Of a DNA stretch of 64,000 bases, positions 25,232 to 38,104 are shown in pieces. Where the stretch lies: positions 79,732,001 through 79,796,000 of the forward strand of contig OZ024744.1 in assembly GCA_964016885.1 (NCBI GenBank), read 5' to 3'. Each line of letters begins with the position of its first letter. The stretch's first letter is position 1. The position numbers were made by a program, and so were the translations under genes. The notes beneath the pieces were generated by a model. That model saw only the letters and a list, made by a program, of their open reading frames with translations. It had not been told where the DNA came from and did no database searches. Origin of the DNA: Eledone cirrhosa (lineage: Eukaryota).

Positions 25232-26868
25232 CTGAAAATAAAAGAAAGAAAGAAAAATGAAAAGGAAACAAAAAAAGTATCAATATACATTGCGGGGATG
25301 ACGGCGTTTCATTGTACACCAACACTCATTCCCTGTTTATATAAAGAGGGAAAGTTTCAGTGCCTATGTTACTATTTAGGGATTCCAAAACTGGTGTAGA
25401 TGAAGGAGGAAGGTATCTTCGAACCAAAGACCTGGCCTGAATGATTGCAACAGAGTGGAATCAACTAAAAATTACTCAAGGACAAGGTGGTGTTGTTAAA
25501 CTAGGTAATGGATTATGTTAAACCCTTTAGCATTTAAACCAGCCACAATTATCTCACCTCTTTCTGTTAAAACCGGCCATAACTGGCTGCTCATACTGAT
25601 GTTAAGGTATTGTACTTGAAATATATAATATCAAAATCTCATAGATTCAATATTTATGTGAAATAAAGTGTTTACCATGAAAATACAATAGTAAATATAG
25701 AGTAATGTAAATGCTAAAGAGTTAAACCACTCAGGCTGGCAAAGAGGAGATTTGAACTCAGAACACAAAGAACAGGAATAAATATCATAAGCAGCCATCC
25801 TGTCTGACGCCTTAACAATTCTCCCAGAAATCCAGAAAATATAAGAGCCGGAATAAATACAGCAATACATATTTCCTCCAACTCCGATTTAATGCTTGTG
25901 AATTGAATGTTAGAATGAGATTATGCAATCTGAAGATAATTATTAGAGGATAAACTGGTTGAAATTTAGTAGAGATAATGGGCATACAAAGCTTTTACAT
26001 AATTGTAATGCCATTGTCGTCATTATCATCATCATCATCGTTTAACGTCTATTTTCCACACTAGCATGGGTTAGATGAGTTGTCCCATTTGAGACAAGAC
26101 AGGTCAGGTGATCATGTCTTGTTCACAGAATTGTTTCTGGCTTAGTTTCTACAGCCGGATGACCTTTCTAATACCAACCACATTTACAGTATGGGCTGGG
26201 TGCATTTTGTTGTGACACCTACATGGCTACTGTACAGTGTGGACTGGGTGCTATTGTCGTGACACCTACATGACCACTTTACAGTGTGGACTGGGTGCTT
26301 TTTATCGTGGCACTGTAATGACAATTTTACAGTATGGGCTGGGTGCTTTGTTGTGACACCTAAACAACCATATCTACAATGTGTGCTGGGTGCTTTTAAT
26401 TGTTACACATGCACGACTACTTTTTGTTGTGTCAACTGGATGTCAAAGTAATGAAATTATTTTATGGTATCGATCGATGATCAATGAACCCATTTTTTAC
26501 CTTAGTTCTAATGAAATGCGTTGCATTTGAATTTATTAATGAAGAATTCAGAGGGATTTATTAAAATTATTAATTGTTCCAAATATTAAGATGGTATTTA
26601 AAACAACAAAATGGTTTTCATATAAAATTATGTTGGATGAATTTAATTTAAACAAGAACCTTCTAACTGAATGGTTTTGTTGAGGCAGGCAGTTTTGGGT
26701 GGGTTGATATTGAAAGGATTAAACTGATCACATATAGGTTGTTACTGTTAGAAGGATAAGAATGGGTAGATAGGGGATTCCACAGGGCTGGAAGAAAGGA
26801 ATGGGGGAAAAAAGTGTGGGTTCTGGGAGGTGAGCACAAGGAAAATTTACATATTAACTAAAACATAC

Positions 26869-26966
26869 TTTTCATGATCAGTTTTTATTTGCAATATGGC
26901 TTCCAAATTCTCAATCTTCTGCTGCAGTAAAGTTATCTTTTCCAGAGCTGGTTGTATTTCTGCCGC
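26869..26966 (-). CDS. MTUS1: MTUS-like exon (AAEIQPALEKITLLQQKIENLEAILQIKTDHE)
   Basis: AG/GT boundaries; phase 0 in, phase 2 out, matching neighbours. Confidence 0.88.
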
Positions 26967-27182
26967 CTATAAAAACAAAGAAAAGAGCATTTGAATATAT
27001 TAAGAGAAAGTAGAATCACATGTGTGGTGTTCAATAAACAAAACATCCGTCTCCTCATCATCATCATCATCATTAGTTTTACATCCATTTTTCTATGCTG
27101 GCATGGGTTTGATGAGACTTTTTCAGGCATGATTCTATGGCTGGGTGCCCTTCCTGATACCAGCCTAGACATTTAAAAAAAA

Positions 27183-27590
27183 AACCTTTAGCATTTAAAC
27201 TGGCTGTATCTGGCCAGAATTCTCTCACTTCTTTCTGTTCAAACTGGCTATAACTGGATGCTCATACTTATGTTATGGTATTGTTCTCAAAATAAATAAC
27301 ATCAAAACCTCGTATATTTGATATTATGTGAGATAAAGCTTTTACCATGAAAATATAATAGTAAATGTAGAGTAATGTCAATGCTAAAAGGTTAAGCCTT
27401 TAGCATTTACATTACTCTATATATACTATTATATTTTCATGGTAAAGGCTTTATCTCACATAATATTGAATCTATGAGATTTTGAAAACAATACCTTAAC
27501 ATCAGTTTGAGTGACCAGTTACAGCCAGTTTGAACAGAAAAAGGTAGAGAATTCTGGCCGGTTTTGGCCGAGTTGAACATTAAAGGGTTA
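27183..27590. mobile_element. Two TTAA MITEs in inverted orientation, forming a ~400-bp imperfect palindrome
   Basis: Forward copy 27183-27395, then reverse copy 27395-27590. Confidence 0.8.
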
Positions 27591-28080
27591 AGTAAGATAC
27601 TGCAAATCTTTGCAAATCTAACTGCTGACCAGTAGGATGTCTGTTTATATGGAATCTAAACAAATATCACAAATAGTGACGTTAAATGCAAAGAGAAGAG
27701 ACAAACATGTAGACACACACTATTAACATCTGACATGACAAAAAAAATCTTCCAGTTGATGCCATAAAGTGGTTGGCGTTAGAAAGGGCATCCAGCCATA
27801 AGAGATCAAGCCCAAAACGGATCATATGAGCAAGATGTAGTCACCTGAACCACCTGATCCACAAAATCATGGTAAATAACAATAATAATGATATATTTAA
27901 ATATATATATATATATGCGTGCAAGTGTCCCGATGTGCACTGGAATGTACGGTATTAACCTTAAAGTACTGAAACTGTAGTGATTTCCAAAGGTTCACTG
28001 AGGAGATGAGACTGTCTTTCCGTTGTTTCTTCCATTGTCTCTGTCCTGTGTGCTCCCTATTTTGTATATATATATATATA

Positions 28081-29455
28081 CTAGCCGAATTACCTGTGCC
28101 TTGCTGTGTTTCACACATTTTTTTTGTAAGAAAATGATGATTGATTTTAAATCAGTGATATAAAAACTCTGCATTTCAATATTACACAATGTAAAATGTA
28201 ATGCATGAAAAATTGGAAAACATTATTTTTTGTAATATATCAAATCAAAATTATATTATTAAATCATTCTTATTTTGTTTCTTGTAAATAATTTTTTTCA
28301 AAATATCAATTCAAAACTTTTGTGAATAGGCATCATATCTTGTCATTTACCTATGGTTTAAATTTCATATAAATCAAAGGGAAAAAATTTTCAGTGGGGG
28401 TTTGTGCCTTCGGGGAACCCTAATAGGAGGTTTAACCCCCATTAGGGTGTCTTAATATTATAATAAGGATAATAATGAAATTATTGTGTACAGTGCTCAG
28501 GTGCACTACAACTCGTCAAAGGTGCATGTATAGTACATAGAATAATATACAAATGTCAGGGAAGTGAATAGTGTACGAGTCATGATATACATGTGTGTAT
28601 GTGTATGGAGGGGGAACATTAGGTGTAGTGTTGGCGAATCTCGGGAAACATGGAGGCCTTAAAGGATGCAGTGTCTCGACAGCTAACAACTGATGCAGGT
28701 AGCTTGTTCCATGCTTCAGCAACTCTGAGTGTGAAAAAATGTTTCCGAAAGTCATGGGAACTGTGCTGTTTTCTGACTTTGTGGGCATGTCCACATGTGT
28801 TAGACACATGGAAATCAAAAAGGTACTCAGGGTTGTTGTTGGCAAGATGGTTAATAACTTTGTGGGTGTTTACCAAGTCAGTTACCAGACGTCGGAGCTT
28901 CAATGTATCCATGCCCAGGGAGGCAAGGCGTTCAGAGTATGGTAGATGCCTGATGGAGGGTATTCGCTTGGTTGCACATCTCTGAACAGTTTCCAAGTGG
29001 TCAATGTTCTGAGCAAGATAGAGGTTCCAGACTGGTGATGTAAATTCTAAGTGTGGCCGCACCATAGCCTTAAATAGATATCTGGAGAATGGCTGACAAA
29101 GGTCTTGCTGAGTGATGCTAAGAAACCCTCAGCCCTCTTGACAATTTTAGAGACGTGCTTCATCCAATGCAAATCGCTGCTGACCGTAATGCCCATAATT
29201 ATTGAAATTTGCTGAAATTTTGTGAATAGACATCATATCTTGTCATTTACCTATGGTTTAAATTTCATATAAATCAAAGGGAAAATATTTTCAGCAGGGG
29301 TTTGTGCCCCCGGGGAACCCTTTGATTAAAATGAAATATACTTATCCAAGTACCCTGGGCAATTAGTTTCAGAATATATATGGTTATGGGGGTCTATCTC
29401 CAAAACCATAGGAGTAGTTTGTGAACAGACAGGAATACAACTTTATATATATAGA
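28081..29455 (-). mobile_element. Non-autonomous Helitron with a nested CR1 fragment and an internal ~115-bp direct repeat
   Basis: Minus strand starts A|TCTATATATATAAAG... and ends with a degenerate GC hairpin then CTAG|T. Inserted in (TA)n with no TSD. Repeat at 28305-28421 and 29214-29321. Confidence 0.75.
28465..29195 (-). mobile_element. CR1-clade LINE 3' fragment
   Basis: VRPHLEFTSPVWNLYLAQNIDHLETVQRCATKRIP...LKLRRL...FFTLRVAEAWNKLP. 3' UTR shared with the fragment at 58700-58935. Confidence 0.9.
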
Positions 29456-31053
29456 TATATAACTATCTCCTGCACATATAAGAACTGCTACTTGAGAATA
29501 TCAGACATATGCTTATTGGTCAGTGAAGTGAATAACACATATGACTGGTAACATATCAACTTCACATCTCGTTTGGATTTTTGTCTGAAGAGAACATGTA
29601 GGGCAGCTGTTATACAATTACCCGTCTTTGAAATACATATAACAAAATAAATAGGGATGTACAAATGAAACCTTTCTTGTTTATTATATATATATATACC
29701 GAGAGAGAGAGACCTCATAGTTTCCATCAACCAAATTCACCAATAAAGTATTAGTTTCTCCAAGCTAGTAATGCTTAGAGAAAAATTTACACATATGCTG
29801 TGCTGATGATATACTAAAATTTAAAGAAATCTCAGAAAAGTTACAAAGTCACAACCAACATTATCTCTAGTTGTATTTCAATATAAAGAGAGAGAGAGAG
29901 AAAGAGAGATTATGTCTTGGATTCTGGAGAACAATTATAGCCACAGTTAGTTTGGGTGCATTAACCGTTACCATTTACATTACTCTATATATTCTATTGT
30001 ATTTTTGTAGTAAAGGATTTATCTTACATAATATCGAATCTATGAGAATTTGAAATTATTTATGTTGAGAACAATACCTTAACATAAGTATGAGTGGCCA
30101 GTTACAGGCGGTTTGAACAGAAAGAGGTAGAGAATTGTGGCCGGATACGGACGGTTTAAATGCTAAAGTGTTAAATACATTTTTGCATTCTTGTAATAAT
30201 TGTAGTGAAAGTTTTTATGAGAAAGAGTAAATCATCAACATTGTTTTTACATTGACTTTTCTATGCTGGTATGTGTTGTACAGGACTTTTTGAGGCAGTG
30301 TTTACAGCCAGATACCCAAGTTTCTTCTATTAATCTCTTGATGAAGGGATTTTTATCCTGAAATATAAGGATCTGTAAAGAACTACAAGATAACATCCCA
30401 ACATCATTGTTATCATCACATTTTTAACATTTACTGTCCAGTTCACATTGTGGTAGCCTTTAAATACAACACTATTTTCTACACTTTACACAGTGCTTGA
30501 AGCAAACTACAAGTCTTACTCCATGTCCTTGTCAGCATTCTACTAAGTCAAAAGTAGGTTTATACAGACATCTCAGAACACACAGACAGAGCCGGATTTC
30601 GGGGAACTTCAGGTTTAGGGAGCCCCTGATACACAAAAAATTAGAATACACAGCCCCCGCCCCATCAATTTTACATATCAAAGTTAGCTTGGTGCAAGGA
30701 ATAGGAATTGAAAAGTTATACATACAGGTATTAAATTAAAACATTCTAACCATCCTAAAACTAAAAAGCTCAGCTGTCTTTGTATCCAGCCAGAATTCTC
30801 TCACCCCTTTCTGTTCAAACCAGCCATAACCAGCTGCTCATACTTATGTTAAAATATTGTTCTCAAAATAAATAATACCAAAATCTTGTAGATTCAATAT
30901 TATGTGAGATAATTATGCGAAATAAAGTTTTTACTGTGAAAATACAATAGTAAATATCGAGTAATGTAAATGCTAAAGGGTTAAATCAAACAGTTTCAGG
31001 TGGTTTGGTATTAAAAAGGTGAAACAAGTTTATAAACAATAAAAAAAACATAC

Positions 31054-31173
31054 CTGAGTTCTCAAGTTTCCATTTTCTTTATTGAGGTTTTGAATTTCTG
31101 TATTCTTCATATCAATAACAGCTTTTAGGCTATCTATTTCTTGGGGTAGATGATTGTACACTTCAAGAGCATT
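31054..31173 (-). CDS. MTUS1: MTUS-like exon (NALEVYNHLPQEIDSLKAVIDMKNTEIQNLNKENGNLRTQ)
   Basis: AG/GT, phase 0-0. QEIDSLKAVIDMKN matches the MTUS motif QELESLKAVLEIKN. Confidence 0.92.
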
Positions 31174-31739
31174 CTATTTCAATAAAATTATGAAACGGTG
31201 GAAGTGAGATTTTGCAATCACAAGTATACATAGGCAGGTAGAAATACATTGACATTGAATATTTTAAGTTATTTGTTTTGTTTTTTTCTACAGATTTAAT
31301 AGCGGATGATTAAACATTTGGAAAAAGAACTGGGATTTACATCTAACTAGTTAACATATCTCAAAGAGGGAAAGGACAGGACATTTTGAATGTGTTACAG
31401 CTGTAACAATCTCGTCCTTTTCTTATCTAGAACTAGATATTCCAATGTCTCCCTTTCTTTTCAAGATGGAAAGGTTAATGAGGGAAATTTGGCTGATATT
31501 TCTAGCAGATCAAAGACCATATAGAGGTTCCTTCTTTTTCTTTCATGAAGCTCATATTTGTAAATTACGTTCTTTCATTTTTTTTTTTGATACTGGTTTC
31601 AGTTACTAAAAATGTAGCCATACTGGGGCATCACCTTCAAAGCGATTTATTTGATTATATCAACTCCAGTACATATTTTATTGATCTCTTTTTGTCAAAC
31701 TGCTAAGTTACAGGACATCAACAAATATAGACATACACA

Positions 31740-32370
31740 TTAGAGAGAAACGAAGCCTGCATGCTCTGATGGATGTGTAACAGTAATATACGTGAACGAC
31801 AAAGCATAAATGAATTGAGAGAGAGACTGAGCATAAGAGGAATCAAATGCTGTGTGCAGGAGAGGCGGTTGCGCTGGTATGGACATGTGATGCGTATGAA
31901 GGATGACAGCTGCATAAAAAGGTGCAGAGCACTAGAAGTCGATGGAAACCCAAGTGGGGAGACCCAAGATGACTTGGGATGAGGTGATAAAAGCTGACCA
32001 TACCCAATTACACCTCTCACTGGCGTCACGCAGTAATACAGAGTACCCAACCTCCCATGGGTACAAGCTGAAGCATATAGACAATATGCTCCCACACCCC
32101 CCACCGCAAGGTGGTCGTGGAGGTGCCACGGCAAAAAAGCACCCAGCCCACACTGTAAAGTGGACGTGTAGGCGCCACGAAAAAGCACCCAGCACTCACT
32201 GTAAATGAGGTTGGTGTTAGGAAGGGCATCCAGCTGTAGAAATCAAGCCAAATCAGTTCCTGTATGAGCAAGGCATGGTCAGCTGACCAGACACTGCCCA
32301 CAACAGGACAACTCGTCTAACGCATGCTAGCGTGGAAGAACGGACGTAAAACGGTGATGATGATGATGAC
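31740..32370 (+). mobile_element. RTE-type LINE 3' end with (GAT)n tail
   Basis: ERRLRWYGHVMRMKDDSCIKRC; AGGAAGGGCATCCAGC motif in the UTR. Confidence 0.9.
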
Positions 32371-33541
32371 ATATGATGGACTTCAGTTTTCATTTACCAA
32401 ATTCCACTGGTCAACCTGAGGCTATAGTAGAAGACACTTGCCCAAAGTACAATGTAGAGGAACTGAACTCAAAACCATATGGTTGCAAAGTAAACTTCTT
32501 AACCACACAGCCATGCCTGCACCTCTATGTATGCTCACTACAGAAGGTGATTGCTCTGTCAACCATTAATTTGCAATAATAATAATAATAGTAATTTAGT
32601 GTCCATTTTCCCTGCTAGCAAGGGTTGGAAGGGTCTTCACAAATTGAGTCAGTACTCAAGTGGGGCTACAGACCCCTCAGATGGGCTGGAGGCCTTCATC
32701 TACTTAACACTCTTCCGAATGTATTTTATCATGGCACTAACACTAAGCAGGCCATCATGTTTTGACACAACTGAAAGGTTCTCCCAACATTCCCTTTAGC
32801 AGGGAGACTCACATTCTTAACACAAATGAAGGGTCCTCTCAATCTTTTGTTTGGTAAGATTTCTATCTGGATGCCCCTCTTATCATTAACCACTTTCCAG
32901 TGTGTACCGATTGTGTTTATTGTGCAGATCCCAACACTAGGGAAGTTGTCATACCCTTGAAACAACTGAAAGGTCCTCCAAGCTTTTTGTTTGACAAGCT
33001 TCCTACAGCAGGATGCCCTTCTTGTCACCAACATTAGGGAGGTTATCATGTCTTTGGCACAACTAAAAAGTTCCCTCTACTCTTTATTTGGCAAGGTTTC
33101 TATGGCTGGATGCCCTTCATCAACTACTTTATAGTGTGTATGGTATGTTTAGATCACCAACACTAGAAAGATTGTTGCACCGTTGACACAACTTAGGATC
33201 CTATTGACCCTCATTTCTAATTCGGTGAATCCTGTAGCCATAGACTAATATATTGTGCCCCAACTTCAATTCTTATCATAATAATTATTTTATCATACAT
33301 CAAGGATTTAACAACCTCTTTTGTGTTAGTGTTACAATAAATTGCACCCAATATTCTGTAAAGTGGTTGTGCTTGTGTCAGCATAAAACGCACCCAGTAC
33401 ACACAGTAATGCTGGTGCAATGATAAAATGCTTTTGTTATATTTCAAAGAAAACCACTGCGTATGATTTCCAAATTATTTTGAAATCAATCAAGAATTTA
33501 GAGGGATTTAGTTATAATATAACTAACTTTTACATTATTAA

Positions 33542-33762
33542 CCCTTTAGCATTTAAACCAGTTGTATTCGGTCAGAATTCTCTCACCTCTTTCTGCTCAA
33601 ACCAGCTGTAACTGGCCACTCACACTGATGTTAGAGTATTGTTCTCAAAATAAATAATATCAAAATCTCATAGATTCAATATTAGGTGAGGTTACTATGT
33701 AAGATAAAGCCTTTACCATGAAAATGTAAGAGTATATATAGAGTAATGTAAATGCTAAAGGG
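33542..33762 (+). mobile_element. ~220-bp TTAA-flanked (piggyBac-like) MITE, type copy of a family with ~15 copies in the window
   Basis: TTAA|CCCTTTAGCATTTA...TAAATGCTAAAGGG|TTAA. Other copies near 16809, 17030, 20521, 20717, 25517, 27183, 27395, 29961, 30783, 38258, 46420, 48860, 53449 and 61261. Confidence 0.88.
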
Positions 33763-34095
33763 TTAAAGGTTCTTACATAAAATCATGATGGAAGTTTTTT
33801 TAGATTAAATATAAACACTTTAAAATAAAAAATTTTTTTGTATAAAACTCGGAGTGATTTCAGATTGAGTTTTATGAGGGAAGAAGGTTTTTAGATAACA
33901 ATAACACTTTAAAATAAAAGTTTTCTATCATTGACCCTAGGGTGGTTTTAGGCATGTTAGTGTCAAAAGGGCTAAACAAATATATATCGATAAACATAAA
34001 TTAAGTGTATGTAGTATATGCTTCTGTGAAATGATTGCTTTGTAAGTATTAAAATAAATTTCAAACCAGTAATGAGAATATAAATTGATGCATAC

Positions 34096-34194
34096 ATGAA
34101 TCCTTACATCAACTTCTTTTTCAAGGTTTTCTTCACACACAGCAGCTCGCTTTCTTAGTTTATCACATTCCTCACATAATGATTCAACTTTATT
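34096..34194 (-). CDS. MTUS1: MTUS-like exon (NKVESLCEECDKLRKRAAVCEENLEKEVDVRIH)
   Basis: AG/GT, phase 0-0. An in-frame alternative donor lies 12 nt earlier (GAT|gtaagg). Confidence 0.85.
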
Positions 34195-35024
34195 CTGCAC
34201 AAATTGAAAGATCAGATTAGAATTTCACATAGAAGAACAGAGTTTCCCAAACTTTTTTTGGACAACCTCCCCCATTTAACTTTTAAACCACATGAAAAAA
34301 AAAAAAAAAAAAAGCATTAGTAAAACACATTTTTTAAAAGTACAATACAGCACTATAATCATATCACATTAAAAATTTCATGTCTTTACTCTGTCTGATA
34401 CAGAACATTTTTCACAACAACTTGTCTACTAGTAATGATACTATAAACATTTGAATTAAGAAACCCATTTCTAGATGCTTTCTGCTAAATTATTATAGGA
34501 TATTAAGAGTTAAAATCCATATTTCATCACCACTCCCACCTTCACATTCGATTAAGAAAAAAAATTATATGCTGAAAATAAATATTTAATTTTATTCAAG
34601 CATTTATTGAGTAAATTAAGGTGAGAATTTTATGAACAACTACAAATTTTTTTTACAAATTCTTTGTTTTTATCTCTATCTCTCATTACATCCTACCTTT
34701 TAATAACACCCTCCCCCAGCACTACGAGGGGGGTAGGGGGGTTTACAAAACACCCACTTTGGGAACCTCTAATATAGAATAACTATACAAGCTGAATGAA
34801 ACATCATTTTAATGAGAGTGTCACAAAATAAATGACCTTTAGTGAAATTCGTTCTTTTTAGCTCTAGACAGTTTAACGGATATTGTATATCTTTCAGGAC
34901 CTCAACATTGGGAAAAGTTCATTTAAATTATGTAAGTTAGTACGATATATTGGATCCTCCTCACCACACAAAAAACATGTTTCATAAAATAAATATCTTG
35001 TTTATATGTCAAGTTTTATATATA

Positions 35025-36250
35025 AGACTAAAGTCCTAATATATAGGAAGGAGAATAGGGCACTGGTCCCATCTGGGAAATGGCCATGCTCAGTGTGTAG
35101 GAAAGGAGTAGGCAGAAACTCCATTTTATGTCCCAAATGCAAAATATGGGTACATAAAAGATGTAGTGGGATCACAGGTAAGCTAACTAAGAATATAGAT
35201 TTTATATGTGGCCGGTGCTCTGGTGCAATAAGTAGCAGCAAGTGCCCACAGAATACTAGCTCATTCCATTGCCCAGATGGTTCTATAGAAATAGTGGACA
35301 CCTTCCGTTACCTGGGTGATAAAATCAGCAGTGGTGGAGGGTGCTCCGAAAGTACTGTAGCTAGAGTCAGAACGGGATGGAAAAAGTTCAGAGAGCTTGG
35401 CCGCTAAAGGTTTCTCTCTAAAAATAAAAGGCAGGCTGCATGATGCCTGCATACGAACAGCAATGTTACATGGCAGTGAGACCTGGGCATTGTGTGCAGA
35501 GGATATACGCAGACTGGAGAGGAACGAAGCTTGCATGCTCCGCTGGATGTGTAATAGTAATATACGCGAACGGCAAAGCATAAATGAACTAAGTGAGAAA
35601 TTAGGAATAAGAGGGATCAGATGCTGTTTACTCGAGAGAAGACTACGTTGGTATGGTCATGTGATGCGCATGAAAGATGACAGCTGTATAAAAAAGTACA
35701 GGGCAATCAAAATAGACGGTAGCTACGGAGTAGGCAGACCCAGAAAAACCTGGGACGACTTGATAAAATCCGACCTCACTCACTTACACCTCTCCAAGAC
35801 AATGTCACTGGACCGAGATCTTTGGCGCTACACAGTAATACAAAAGACCCGCCTTGCCTAAGTACAAAGTGAAACCTACAGTCAGTAGGCACCTCTTAAC
35901 CAAAATACACCCCCGTCCCACTACCCCTACCCCCACCGCCATCTACACCACCCCTTTCGATTGTAAAGCTATGTTGGTACCACAACACCCAGTCCTAAAT
36001 AAATGAGGTCGTGTAGGTGTCACGACAAAAAAACACACAGTCCACGCTGTAATGTGACCATGTAGGTAATACGGTAAAAACTTCCCAGTCCACACTGTAA
36101 ACGTGGTTGGTGTTAGGAAGAGCATCCAGCCGTAGAAAACCCGCCAGCCAGTCCTGAGCAAGACAACCAATCTTGCCTCAAGTGGGACAATTCCCATCCA
36201 GGCCCATGCTAGCGTAGAAGATGAACATTAAACGATGATGATGATGATGA
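35025..36250 (+). mobile_element. RTE-type LINE 3' portion with a Cys-rich (PHD-like) insertion in the RT region
   Basis: KTKVL-GKWPCSVCRKGVGRNSILCPKCKIWVHKRCSG...CGRC...FRYLG, MLHGSETW, RRLRWYGHV; (GAT)n tail. Confidence 0.92.
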
Positions 36251-36584
36251 TCAGTGCTTTATAAAAGGTGAAATAGAAATTTTCCCCCATAAAAATTAAC
36301 TGCCCCTGCTATTCCTAAAACCCCTGTAAACAATAAAGAAAATAAAGATTGAACAATATATATATATATTTTAATCTGCTTTAAATTCTTAATTGTCATT
36401 AAAAAAAACTCATTTCAATGCTAAAGGCAGTGAAACTAACTTCTTAAAGAAACCAAAAATCGATTAGCAGGGGAGATAATCCTGCATAAATAGACAATTC
36501 TAAACATATTTATCAAACGCTACCCATCCCATGACAAATTCTACAGCACAATTGTGTGTGTGTATATATATATATACACACGTA

Positions 36585-37253
36585 CTTACGTAGATTAGAG
36601 AGAAACGAAGCCTGCATGCTCCGATGGATGTGTAACAGTAATATACGTGAACGACAAAGCATAAAGGAATTGAGAGAGAGACTGAGCATAAGAGGAATCA
36701 AATGCTGCGTGCAGGAGAGGCGGTTACGCTGGTATGGACATGTGATGCGTATGAAGGATGACAGCTGCATAAAAAGGTGCAGAGCACTAGAAGTTGATGG
36801 AAACCGCGGAGTGGGGAGACCCAAGATGACTTGGGATGAGGTGATAAAAGCCGACCTTACCCAACTACACCTCTCAAAGTCAATGACACACGACCGTGAC
36901 TTCTGGCGTCACGCAGTAATACAGGGTACCCAACCTCCCATGGGCACATGCTGAAGCATATAAACAATATGCCCCCCCCCCCCCCCCACCGTAAGGTGGT
37001 CGTGGAGGTGCCACGGCAAAAAAGCACCCAGCCCACACTGTAAAGTGGACGTGTAGGCGCCACGAAAAAGCACCCAGCACTCACTGTAAATGAGGTTGGT
37101 GTTAGGAAGGGCATCCAGCTGTAGAAATCAAGCCAGATCAGTTCCTGTATGAGCAAGGCATGGTCAGCCGACCAGACACTGCCCACAACAGGACAACCCG
37201 TCTAACCCATGCTAGCGTGGAAGAACGGACGTAAAACGGTGATGATGATGATG
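36585..37253 (+). mobile_element. RTE-type LINE 3' end
   Basis: RLERNEACMLRWMC...; near-identical to 31740-32370. Confidence 0.9.
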
Positions 37254-37283
37254 CATGTATATAAGTTAAAAACTGTTATTTAC

Positions 37284-37357
37284 CGATAATGTCATTTTAA
37301 TGGTTTCAAAAGTATTGGTAATTTCTGCCAGTTTATCTCTATGTTGCTGGTGGAGAC
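37284..37357 (-). CDS. MTUS1: MTUS-like exon ((R)LHQQHRDKLAEITNTFETIKMTLS)
   Basis: AG/GT; phase 1 in, phase 0 out. Confidence 0.87.
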
Positions 37358-37998
37358 CTGGTAAAAAAAAGGTAGATTGTTCATACATATGTTAATCTCA
37401 TAATTATATTTCAATGATAATGACAACATTGACTCTACAGGTTAACCATATTTTTTACGATTTTCAAATAATTCTGAAAATAATGACGAATTTGGAGGTA
37501 TTTAATTAAACTTACTTTCTCATTATCAAGCTTAGTGTTTGGAACATAATTTAAAGGTTCTTACATAAAATTTTTGATGGAATGTTTTTATTTAAATATA
37601 AACACTTTAAAAAGTCAGTGAATTGACAGATTCATAAAAATGTCAGATAGACAAAATCTTGCTGAGATCTTATCCTCTTGACATTGAAAAATAAAGTATA
37701 AGTCCAGTACTGGAATCAATTCTTCCTCTTTATCTTTTTCTTACTTCCTATCTATCACACACGCTCTCTCTTTCCTTCTGTTCAGATCTGAAGAGGGATG
37801 GGCTCTGCCAGGTTTAAAATGCTCAAGATATGCTGTATATCATCACTATAGCACCCCTACAACTCTGTAAGTTACAAGTCCATACGTACACAGATATATA
37901 CAACATTTCAGAACAAGCAGTTTTGTACTATAGAACCATTGTCAGTTTATATGTGATTTGGTGTCAAAAGGATTAGAACTATATACTGAACTACTTAC

Positions 37999-38104
37999 GT
38001 TCCATTTGATCATCATGTTTCCTTTGGAGAGTTCGAATTTCTTCCAAATTATGCAACCGCAGGGTACTTAATTCCTGTTGGTGTTCAGAGTCAATATCTT
38101 TGTT
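37999..38104 (-). CDS. MTUS1: MTUS-like exon (NKDIDSEHQQELSTLRLHNLEEIRTLQRKHDDQME)
   Basis: tttcag / gtaagt; phase 0 in, phase 1 out. Confidence 0.87.

Noticed and set aside
25291-25510. TG-starting segment with a TATA box that might be an LTR
   Set aside because: No matching right terminus or TSD found
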